DNA of 64,000 bases from Mytilus californianus (Eukaryota), in the NCBI RefSeq assembly GCF_021869535.1, contig NW_026262581.1, positions 5,828,001-5,892,000 of the forward strand, in the 5' to 3' direction. Every line of letters starts with the position of its first letter. Positions within the stretch are counted from its first letter, which is position 1. Below the pieces are notes generated by a model that was not told the origin of the DNA, did not search any database, and saw nothing but the letters and a program-made list of their open reading frames with translations. Made by a program: the position numbers and the translations under genes. Below, in pieces: positions 50,809 to 61,528 of this stretch.

Positions 50809-53800
50809 TCAGATGACCGAGTTTTTAATGAAATTGCTACAAAGATCAGCCAAGTTTAAATTCTTCACTGTTTTATCAAAATTACATATGATAGAAGTAT
50901 GATTTGTTCCTGGAAAGATCACGTGATCAGACATCCCTTCATTTAACTGGTTACTTTGCCTGTTGAAATCAACTGCTCCATCTTTAATGAGATTGATGTC
51001 TCTCTCTGCTGTCACAATCAAGAATGGCGGTATGTATTCGGTATTCTCTATCAAACTTTGAGATGGACATCGTTTCAACCATCCATCTGGTTTATTTCCA
51101 AAAGTTGGATGGAGGTAGAGTGGTCTTGTAAACGTTGTATTCATGAGACTGATCTGTAGAACTGCTGAAATAGTGATAACTCCCTTCAAAAATAACAATC
51201 ATCTGATATTAGTGGTTAACCGAGTTTTGTTTTTGATAAATCAACTGCAAGATTGACGAAGTTTAAAAAATAGAGATTCTATGACCATAATTATCCCGAC
51301 ATCAATGTTGTGTTTAGGGAATGATCCTAATTGTGTGTTCATTTAAAGAATATCCAAAGCCCAGGCTTATACCTATACCTTTTTTAAATCAAAGCCAGAA
51401 CTAGCATATTTTCAGTGGACACAAAACATAAGGTAAGATAAATTTTTATTTATCTTCCAATTGCACAGGAGTTCTTTATCTGTGTTTGGCTTCTCTCCTG
51501 TGTTAATACATTATTCTTTATGTTTGATACTTTTAAGTTATTTTCGATCATCACTGCTGAGAAATCTTTTTTTGTAAGCACATCTATAACTGCTGGTGGG
51601 CCAATGTAACTAGAAGCTGACTAAAACTTTCCACAGGTATAAGAAAACTGAATAATTGATGCTATTACTATGTAAAAATAAAAACACTGATTAAAATAAA
51701 GTTCTCTAAAACTGACAACATGATGCTTGATTTTTTTATATGAAAATTTATTTTTTTAGGTGTAAATGATTTGTTTTTCAGCTGCAGACGATTGCCATGC
51801 ATATGGAAAGCAATTGTGTTCCTCTTCTTGTCGACTTTCTTTTTTAGTAATATATATGTCATACAGGAGATTCTCAAAAAGATTGAAAAGAAGCTTCTTA
51901 AACTACAATTTCGCTATATAGATGATGTCCTCTCAATGAATAACACAATTTGGGGACTATGTTGATTCATCTATCCAATTCAATTTGAAATATATGTATA
52001 CCACAGATGCACTTGAGTATGTTCCATATCTTTACTAACATTTCGAAACTGCCAATGAGAGCCGGAAGAAAATGAAACTCTACGACAAATGAGATGATTT
52101 TAAGTTCCCTAATGTGAATTATCGATATCTTTGTGTGTAGCTACATTCCAGCAGCGCCGGCATATGGAGTATATCTCTCTCATTTGATACGACATCCAAA
52201 GGCATTAGTTTCATGCATGGCTTCATATGTTGCGGATTGCTGCTAACAAGACAGCTATGGAACCAAAGGTTCCAAATAGTGACACCATAATAATTCAGTT
52301 GACCGTTATGGAATTTTTTTTTCACAGATGACCATGTTCTTCAACTCGTAGTTACAATTCTGTCCTCTTTTCTTCGATTCTGACATCACTGGATACGGCT
52401 TATCACCGGATTTGTACTTGTTTTGAGGAACACGACGTGTGCTACTAATGGACCAGGAACTGATTACCTTTCCGGAGCACCCAAAATCACCCTAGCTTTT
52501 GGTGGATTTCATGTTCAATTGTTAGTATGTAGTAATTGTGGACTGTTGTTTATCTTATGTTACTTTTTTAGCAAGGTTATTGTGTTTTCTTCAACGTAAT
52601 TTGTATGTTCCACCCTTTTGGAATTGTCCCCTTCTAGTTTGACCCTCAATGTCAATTTCTGTATGTTATTCAAGCTATGAAGCATATTTAAATGTGTCTG
52701 TTGTATTCTTTAGTTTAATTTTAATCATCATAGTCACCGAACTTATAATTATTCAGTGACTGGACATCATCTATATATCTGAACAAGGGGTTAAAGGTTA
52801 TTTCCAACTTCTATTAAATTCTCAAGAAGTTCCTGCATAGAGACTACATCAAAAGAAATGAAATCGGAACAAGTCGGTAGGAAGTCGATCATAGTTGATT
52901 TCTATAGGAATGTAGATTAGTTTTTGAAAAACACGTCCTCCAGACGTAAAACGTAAGTTGTCAATGAAAATATCAAAGATCTTGAGGATGTCAGTTTCAC
53001 AGGACTTGCTGTTTGAATCAGACAGATATTTTCGTATGATTTAACCCTTCCTTTAAGATATTTGTATATGCATTTGAGAGGGTTGTGTTGCTCAGTCTTT
53101 TGATTAGTTACCTGTGTATTTTTTGTGGAAAGTGTTTTGTTATTGTTTTGTTTTCTTATGCTGATGTCTTTTACGACTTGCTTTTTTATTTCCTCTAGTA
53201 TCTTCTCATTTAAATATAATGAGAAATATGTAGCTAAAGCTATTGCTTATTTCCAGGAGTAGGTTTTTTGGTCGCGTGAACATCCAATCTGTATCCTATA
53301 TTAAAAAAATAGTTGTTTTGGGGATATCACCCACTAAATTCATTACCGTTAGCAGTATCAAAAATGCTTAATCCTAAATACCTTGATGTCAGCTTTTGAA
53401 ATGCCCTGCTTTATAAAGTTATAGTCATGGAGAGCCGCAATAGAGCATAGATGACCTCCGGCAGAATGACCCATCAGGAACATGTCTGTAGGGTTAAATT
53501 TTCTCGTCTGATTACCAATGTTCTGAATTTTCTTTATACATTTAACCACAGCTTCAACTTGTTGATCAAGATTAAGGTGCTGAACTTGAAGATTCGTGTT
53601 TAATAAAATAACTTGACCAATTAAGAATGTAACTACAGTCGCAAAATTGAGAAAATACTCTTTTTGCCCTGATAACGTAAAAACTATTAACACTGTCCAA
53701 ATAAGAACAACTTGGAACCGGGATAGTTTATGATATCTATATTGGACGCTAATAATTGTCAATATAAACATATTCGTTACAAATGTAACCGCTAAAACTA

Positions 53801-54290
53801 TAGTACTTGGTTGTATCGGTCCAGCGACGAATTTCCATGATAAAATACTTCCAATGGGCCATACAATAGCAGCCAAGATTCCGAATAAAGCGACTAATAC
53901 TGCTAAAGAAGAAATGTATGAAGTAGTTAGTTCAAACAGTAACCAAGCTGTTGACAATTTAGTCAATGGATAAGACATAACAGCACAGGCAATTCCTCGA
54001 CGTGCTAAAGCCTTTCCAACATTTCCATATAGTCCAAAGATGCCATAAATAATGGCAGCCAGTAAGTTTATATCACGACTCAGATAATACTTCCATGCAG
54101 CTTTGTCACCACGTCTCCATCCACCTCCATGAACAAACAGCACCACAGGAACCTCTTGATGTTCTCCGCTGATTTCTGGGGTATATAGGTCAACTACAGA
54201 TTTTCTTTCATCATTGAAATGACAGTCCCGTCTTTCCTTATCATATAGAATATCGTACTCCACTGAATAATCACATACACTAACGTCCAT
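50809..54290 (-). CDS. Alpha/beta hydrolase (kynurenine formamidase/ICME-like esterase family) with internal hydrophobic segments, about 427 aa, exons 54290-53382 and 51183-50809
   Basis: Oxyanion motif VHGGGWRRGDK, nucleophile GHSAG, acid AERD and base TNH. Phase-0 donor at 53381 and acceptor at 51184. Confidence 0.85.
51785..52640 (+). pseudogene. Decayed Penelope-like RT fragment with 3' tail, in the hydrolase intron
   Basis: FRYIDDVLS and KLYDK*DDF remnants; tail like 8430-8650. Confidence 0.7.
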
Positions 54291-54757
54291 TGCTTTACAT
54301 ACTATAGTAAATAAACTATATGAACTATTTAAAAATCTGTCAAAAAAAGAATGTATCAGGTAAACATGAAGACACGTGGTTATAAGTGTATATATTATTA
54401 TGCCACGGGACAGTCCAGAATGACACATGTGACGTATCATTAAACAAATAAAAGTCACAGTTTTCTATGATCTAGAAAACATTTCTAGAGCAGAGGTTAA
54501 AATTTAGATCAAAGATAATTTTATTTATATCTAATTTATTGATTGAGCAAAAAATCTCGTATTTGAAATTTATAAAGAATTTTATTTTATGCAAAAAGTA
54601 GCTATCTATTTTTAAAATATGAACCCTTCAATCTTCTTACAATTTTGTTGTTTTCCCAATATATATCCGAAACCAGTCATATAAAATTTAGTCAGATTTA
54701 TTTTTAGAAGGAAGTATAATATATATATATATATATAGCTTCTGAAATAATAACAAC

Positions 54758-56173
54758 ATGGAAGATATTACCGATGAGTATGTTGTAAACGATTTCCATA
54801 AACATCAAATACAACAGGCGATGGACGAACTGCATCGTATAAAAGTAACTGGAAGCATGAAGTTTTGCCAAGCAAGGAAAGCCATATTTAAACAGAAAGA
54901 ATCGTTTAAGAGAAAGATAGACGAATACGTAGATGAACTTACCAATGTTTTAAATGTCAAATGGACAAATTTCCAAGCTGAATTGTCTGAAAAGATGGAG
55001 AAGCTCAGAGACGATAGTAAACATAATTGTAAAGAAGGAGCAGCATTCTTTCAACAACATGAGGAACTAAATTCATCTTTGAACGAACTAGAAAAATTAA
55101 ATCTGGATCATATTTGTGTTCCGAAGTTTACCCCTGGTAAGGAAAACAAAGACAATTTTGGAATCATAGAAGACAAGTATATTCATTACGAAGATAAATA
55201 TAGAACTAAATTTAAAATACGAAGGCATTACAACACAGGCCTGTCATATATTAACTACATAGGTGTGTGCTCTGACAACTCACTATGGCTTTGCGATACC
55301 GTTGATCCAACTGGCATACATAGAATAGAATTTGAAGGAAGTGACCGTAAAAGCGTTACTAGATTTTATACAAATGAATTCAAAATAAATGGTATAGCTG
55401 TTTTGCCAACGGACGATCTCCTGGTTGCAACTGCTGGTTCCGTTATCAAACGAGTAGATTATGAAACTGGAGAAGTGTCAGACACAAACTACAATGTTAG
55501 CCCGTTACAATCAAGAGCAGTTCATATTACGCCTATTGGACATGTACTTGTGGCAGCAATGACGTATGGGACAGCCTTCAAGTTCCCTGTTTCTGGACAT
55601 CGGGTCGTATATGTATTTGACAAGCAAGGAGAAAAACTTACCATGTACAAGTATGACAAGTTCGGAGCTCCTTTATTCAAAATGCCGTACAGCCTTACCA
55701 GTACCAATAATGGAAATATTAGTATAGCGGATTTTTATGCAGACGGGGGAAAAGGAAGGGTAATAGTGATTAATGAAGCAGGAAGCGTTCTAAATATCTA
55801 CTCAGGACACCCAGGTATTAGTAAAAAGGAATTGACACCAGTCGGTCTGACAACAACAGATATGGACACCATAATAGTTTCTGATATGAATAGTCATACT
55901 CTGCATATTTTAAATGATATTGGACAGTTATTGACTTACGTAAATACAATGGAAGCCAAATTCCCATATTGTACAACATTTAACACATATGGGAAATTGT
56001 ACCTCGGATGTTCAGCACCCATAGGAAAGTCCGACAAAATCAAACTGTATGAAATAGAATTGTCTAGTTATAAACAGGGTAAAACGGAAAATAGACCTTC
56101 TGGTTTATCGGACGAAAACAAATTAGCCAGTATAAATGACCTTAGTATACTATCTAATTCATTTTTAGTTTAG
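54758..56173 (+). CDS. Single-exon coiled-coil + six-bladed beta-propeller (NHL/TRIM2-3-71-like) protein without RING/B-box, 471 aa
   Basis: Helical coiled-coil N-terminus. Propeller blades such as PYSLTSTNNGNISIAD and PVGLTTTDMDTIIVSD. In-frame TGA at 54743 precedes the ATG. Confidence 0.8.
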   Translation: MEDITDEYVVNDFHKHQIQQAMDELHRIKVTGSMKFCQARKAIFKQKESFKRKIDEYVDELTNVLNVKWTNFQAELSEKMEKLRDDSKHNCKEGAAFFQQHEELNSSLNELEKLNLDHICVPKFTPGKENKDNFGIIEDKYIHYEDKYRTKFKIRRHYNTGLSYINYIGVCSDNSLWLCDTVDPTGIHRIEFEGSDRKSVTRFYTNEFKINGIAVLPTDDLLVATAGSVIKRVDYETGEVSDTNYNVSPLQSRAVHITPIGHVLVAAMTYGTAFKFPVSGHRVVYVFDKQGEKLTMYKYDKFGAPLFKMPYSLTSTNNGNISIADFYADGGKGRVIVINEAGSVLNIYSGHPGISKKELTPVGLTTTDMDTIIVSDMNSHTLHILNDIGQLLTYVNTMEAKFPYCTTFNTYGKLYLGCSAPIGKSDKIKLYEIELSSYKQGKTENRPSGLSDENKLASINDLSILSNSFLV

Positions 56174-56679
56174 ATATACACATTAAAAGTCTTTATAATA
56201 TTTTAATACAAAAAGTCTGCCATAGAAGAAAATGTGTTTTAGTGTAATTTTACAAGGGGGTAAACATTTGATAACCGTTATTAAAACACCTTTGTAAACA
56301 TTCGATAACCGTTATTAAAAATATCTTTTGCTCAGTTAGAATCTGGTTTTGTTCTTGGTGGAAATAATGTTCATCAGAATAGTACGTCACAGTTTATTTT
56401 TCTGTTTTTTGATACTATATGTCGTCTGCAAATTACAAAAGCAAAACATTGATAAATAAAAGTGAAATTAAGGTCGCATGTTCGTTCAGAAACATTGAAG
56501 TCCAAACACTGTAAGATAAGGATTATTTTATTTACTGCCCTTATAGGATCGATGTAACCTTTAATAGGAGGAAAGCTTTGATGTAACTTCTTCAAAGAGC
56601 GTAGTACCTTTGTGAGTCAATACTAGACTAACTCATCCAGATCCGAGTTTTATTTTCTTTATGTGATAATAATGTTCGT

Positions 56680-57069
56680 TTATGGGATAAAAATTGGTAT
56701 TCCGACAAACACTAATTGTTCCCTATTATCGCAGAGTAATTTCTTTACTGTTACAAATCGCAGTTTATGGCGATAATTCCCAACAAACCACCACTTGATA
56801 GATATTTCCAACAGTACCAGTAGCTATTTACAGTCGGTCAATGCAAAGAAGCAGAGATTATGAGGCCTGTATTTGACTTCATATACTTAGGAATTTTCAT
56901 TTTACTGAACTAGTATACATTATTGTTTATAGGGGCCAGCTAAAGCCCGCCTCCGAGTAAGGAATTTTCTCGCAGCGTTGAAGACCCATTTGTGGCCTTT
57001 AGCTGTTTTCTGCTCTTCAGTCGGGTTGTTGTCTCTTTGACACATTCCCCGTTGCCATTCTCTATTTTA
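56680..57069 (+). mobile_element. Internally deleted Naiad relic: RT fragment + family A tail
   Basis: IGIPTNTNCSPIIA remnant at about 56690-56730; the tail at 56901-57069 matches 30710-30880. Confidence 0.6.
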
Positions 57070-58344
57070 ATATGTCAAACTAAACTCCGTGTATAGATAA
57101 GATCAATATCTGTCTCTGGATTGGTTCTTTTGTGTGATAATGATAGTATAAAGCAAGATTCCTGGTCGCTGATGATATCATACAAACAAAACTTCTCGTT
57201 CTCTAAGTAATGTGGAACCTAGTATGCAATAAACATGTACATATGAGTACATGAAGAGTAGAGACCGTACGCCTAAATATGTTTTTCTTAATCAATTTAA
57301 AATTGTATTAGTTGCAGCCTTTGTATCATTATTTTCATTGAAATTGATAAAATTATTAAACAACAAATATTCTTTTCACATTGTATTCATCAAAGATCTT
57401 TCGAAAACGATTTTCTTATTTGAATCGATTTTCTGCCAACTTATGTATAATTACTTTAGCGGATTATGTTTTTTGTAAAACGAAAACATCTTAAAACAAT
57501 ATATTATTTATCCTAAATCCATTAACTAAACTATGATTAAAATAATCAACTGCTTTTTTTTATTAAGCTGTGTTTAACATTCAAGATTTGAAAAGAAGTG
57601 TTAACATTCGATTAAAAAAATCCCCATTAAACACGTATGCCAGTAGGAGGCCACATTCGATTTGAAAACGGCCAAGATAAGAAAAAAAAAACATCAATGT
57701 AGGTAGATTGGATTTTAAATCAAATTAAGTGCAATTATATCATAGTTGATGTCGCCTATTTAACTCCAAAGAAAGTAGCGTGAAAGTACAAGAACAATCA
57801 AATGAGTATCAACTGTAAAAGAAATAACCTGTTAACAATTGTTTATAATTGTTTCTCATGGGTCAGCTTTGTATGGTGTGTGGTTTTATTTGAAAAATAA
57901 TTAAATATCATGTCACAACCAAATTTTGATCTTCATTTGGATATGTGTCATAAATCTGTTCGATTTATCCAGTTAAATGAATTTCTATTGAGTGCAGGTC
58001 AAATCATAATGATGTCAACGTATTTTTGTTCCGCCTAACAGAAGTTTCCCTGGAAACTTTGGTTTAAACAATGCCATACTAACTGTTCCTGTTAGAACAT
58101 ATATTATATACCCTTTATTCCGTTATGAACAAATACTGTAATATTTGTTCCAGTGGAAATAATATTACATAATATTTCTTCCATTTGGAACTTCTATTCT
58201 AAAAGAACTTCTAATTTATGACAAAGATACTGAGTTTGCAATTACTTTATCGCAAACATATTTTCTGGTTGTTGCTTGTTTATGGTGTGGTTCAGATATG
58301 TGGGTAGAATACCAATGTATATAAAACTTAATTATATTGATATT

Positions 58345-58482
58345 TAACAGGTATGAGGTCTACTTCGAGGTGCTGTAGTTAACAGGTATGAAGTCTACTT
58401 CAAGGTGCTGTAGCTAACAGGTATGAAGTCTACTTCGAGGTGCTGTAGTTAACAGGTATGAAGTCTACTTCGTGGTGCTGTA
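58345..58482. repeat. 35-bp minisatellite, about 4 copies
   Basis: taacaggtatgaagtctacttcgaggtgctgtagt at 58345, 58380, 58415 and 58450. Confidence 0.95.
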
Positions 58483-58672
58483 CATCCGATGATATTTATT
58501 TGAAGGTTGTAATATCAGCAATTTTTAGCGTACACTTCTAAGCTTGCTATCAGTAGCCGATCATTCTTTGGTCCAGTTTTACTTACTGTGCTTTTGTTGT
58601 CTTTTATACTGGTATTTTAATGAACTAGCTGGTATTTTTGTTTTGCTTTTTCTAAACTAGGCAGAGATCTAT

Positions 58673-59581
58673 AACAAGAGTGCTAACGCTGAAATGTCTA
58701 GCCTGATTTACTAACCATGAATGATTTTATGTTGATAGCCTTCAAGATAAAGTTTTTCTACAAGTATCATATAAACTTATCAACGATCCATGACAATGTG
58801 GACAAGGTCAGAACAAGCCAGACAGATGTGTACACCTTACAATCATTCCATACACCAAATATAGTTGCCTATTGCTTATAGTATACACGAAACAGACAAA
58901 AAACATGAAAACTTAATATTGACAAATGAATATAAAAATGAGGTCAAGGGTATATTTTAAATGCCAGACACATTTGTTCACCTTACGATCATTCCACGCA
59001 TCAAATGTAGTTGACCTATTGATTCTAGTATCTAAGAAACAAACTTAACTAGGAAAACTTAACATTGACCAATAAACCATGAAAAAGAGGTCAAAGTCAG
59101 ATGATACATACATGCAAGACAGGCATGTACACCTTACAATCATTCCATGCACCAAATATATTTGACCATTTGCTTATAGTATCTGAGAAACGGACCTAAT
59201 CACGTAACTTTAACCTTGATCACTGATCCCTGAAATGAGGTCGAGTGCATGTGAACCCTGTAAGACAGACATATAGACCTTATAAGGAACCCATGTACCA
59301 AATATAGTTATTTTATTACTCAAAATAAGAAATTCACATGATGAAAACTACACATTTTTAAGCAGTCGCTGAACCATGAAAATGAGGCCAAGACAATGGA
59401 CATATGACAGGAGGAACTTTTGTTTCATAAGGCATCTGTATACAAGATATGAAGCCTTAATGTCGTCTACTCTCTGCAATATAAAAGCTTTATACCAATA
59501 GTTTACGCCGATTCCGCCGGTTGAGTGTAATATTGCCTATATCTTGCATTCAGCGACAAAAGTCGCAAACGAGACAAAAAA
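58673..59581 (-). mobile_element. DINE-1/Helentron-like element with internal tandem cores
   Basis: On the minus strand it begins tttttgtctcg + hairpin and ends ...ctcttgtt; cores match 19945-20430. Confidence 0.65.
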
Positions 59582-60391
59582 ATCTAGTTCAACTCCATTA
59601 CATGTTAAGTTGTCAGTTCTCAAAGTGAGGAACCAGGTCAATGGTTGTCTTTAGTGAAATAATAGATTGTTGTTCGCGAAACGTCCAGTGGCAAATTCTA
59701 TCTCGATGGTTTTTTTTCCCTTTAGTGAACTTGGTATTGATAGCAGATCTTTGAAAGTCTCTTTAAATTATTATCTTTGTCATTCATGTTTTTTTTTTGT
59801 ATCGGCATAATTTTGATGGGCAGTTTGCACGTGAGGAATGCTTTGGGTTTAAACTCGACTGAATGTTGCCAAGTGTATTCCTCTTAAATAATGCAATACA
59901 TGTCTTTCCTATCTGAAATCTTCTATCAAGATTTAAATTTTAAGATTTTGTTGAATAATACTTGTTTTTGAATTTAAGAGAGGAATGTGTGTCTTTTTAA
60001 ACCATAAAATGGAATAAAATATACAAAAGTCAATGTATTTAAATTGCAATCACGACGAAACAAAACCTTTTGTGATTAATTTATCAATATAGAAAACAAT
60101 TGCAACAAATAAAATGCAAAATAGAAATGTATACAGATAACATTGATTGAAATGTAGCATATTTCATACGAAAACAATCGTAACTCTATATTTCCGTAAA
60201 TAGCAAATTTCGGTATCGTGTTCTTCATTGTAAGCAGTGATTGACCCAGGACATTTCCATCTAAACATAGAGGTCACTTACACAAAGAAAACAAAATCAA
60301 TCTGGGTGTATTCTTTACGTGTATGTTGAAAATAACTTTTGTCGCTTTGAAGTTGTACTATAATTGTTTTCAGCTGTTACCATGGTTACTG

Positions 60392-61528
60392 TTATGTTTC
60401 AATAGTTGGTAATTCTGTTGATGTGCTAGAACTGACAGTGAAAGATGATGGAAACTTCTTATTTTTCTCTTTTCGCCAATCTGGCTGATACTGATCACAA
60501 TATATTTTGAATAATGTCGTCATGTCTGGGACAACCAAGGACTTGCTTCTTTTATTTAGTGCCAGCAACTTTGCCGTTGAAGGGTGAAGTCGTTTTGCGC
60601 GATGTGATCTCAGAGAATGTGGTCGATGTACCATTTCGTAATCTTCTATTTCGCGCATGAGCATTCGACGAGCATCTCTACCTTGAATAAATGCTTCATC
60701 TGACAATCGGTCATTCAATGACGACATGAATGTGTTCCCAAATCGAACTGGTGACGACATTGGTAAAGCAAGATGCTTCACGTGCTGGCAAGGAGGAACC
60801 AGGGGCTGAGAATACATTGTAGATTCTCTTGAAAAAGACAAAGCAGATAAAGTTGGAGCGCTCGCAGAGACGGGATACCGTCTATGCTCAAAGCCTCTGT
60901 TTATTTCTGCACTCTTTTGAACCCAATCTGAAGCATTTAAGTATACTTCGTTGTCTCTAAGTGTTGGACAAGCCCTACCTTTTACCAGCAGTTGATACGC
61001 AGACGCATAATGTCCATTTTTACAAGCTAACAACAATGCCGTATAGCCAAGATTGTTACGTGTATCAATGTCTAATCCAAATTTGACAAAGCAGTCCGTT
61101 AGAGCTTGAACGACTTTAGGGTTTTTGCTTGCTGTAGCATGATGCAGAGGTGTATCACCATCATTGTCTCCCTCATTGATGTCTATTACATCTTCTCTAA
61201 TTAAACACTGCACTATCAAGTGTCGACCGTTCATGCATGCATAACTCAAAGCCGTTCGGCCAAACACGTCTCGTAAGTTCAGAAATGCTCCAGCTTGTAT
61301 TAAAATCTTTGCCATTCTATACCCGTATTCCTCATCCACCATACATGCTAACATTAATGGGGTCCTCCCATTTAAGTCTTTACTGTCCATGTTTGAATTA
61401 TGTTTCGCGACCAGTAACCGGACCTGATGTAGTCTACAGTCTAGCACGGCCTGGTGGAGAGCAGTTTTAACCAATCTCCTTGTCGCCGAAGGTGGCGATA
61501 TTTGTACTTGACTTGACATTGCACTCAT
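60392..61528 (-). CDS. Ankyrin-repeat protein (ANKRD34/ANKRD63-like), 378 aa, single coding exon
   Basis: Five ankyrin repeats (TALHQAV, TPLMLAC, TALSYAC, TPLHHAT, TALLLAC) and a low-complexity C-terminus. A poly-T-AG acceptor lies immediately before the ATG. Confidence 0.88.
   Translation of the reverse strand: MSAMSSQVQISPPSATRRLVKTALHQAVLDCRLHQVRLLVAKHNSNMDSKDLNGRTPLMLACMVDEEYGYRMAKILIQAGAFLNLRDVFGRTALSYACMNGRHLIVQCLIREDVIDINEGDNDGDTPLHHATASKNPKVVQALTDCFVKFGLDIDTRNNLGYTALLLACKNGHYASAYQLLVKGRACPTLRDNEVYLNASDWVQKSAEINRGFEHRRYPVSASAPTLSALSFSRESTMYSQPLVPPCQHVKHLALPMSSPVRFGNTFMSSLNDRLSDEAFIQGRDARRMLMREIEDYEMVHRPHSLRSHRAKRLHPSTAKLLALNKRSKSLVVPDMTTLFKIYCDQYQPDWRKEKNKKFPSSFTVSSSTSTELPTIET

Noticed and set aside
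54291-54458. N-terminal extension of the hydrolase ORF from the alternative start at 54458
   Set aside because: It crosses a clear poly-T-ACAG acceptor at 54337, so the part beyond it is probably intronic read-through.
58345-58482. 35-bp repeats (and the 70-bp palindromic arrays) as CRISPR arrays
   Set aside because: The units are contiguous with no unique spacers, the context is eukaryotic, and there are no cas genes.
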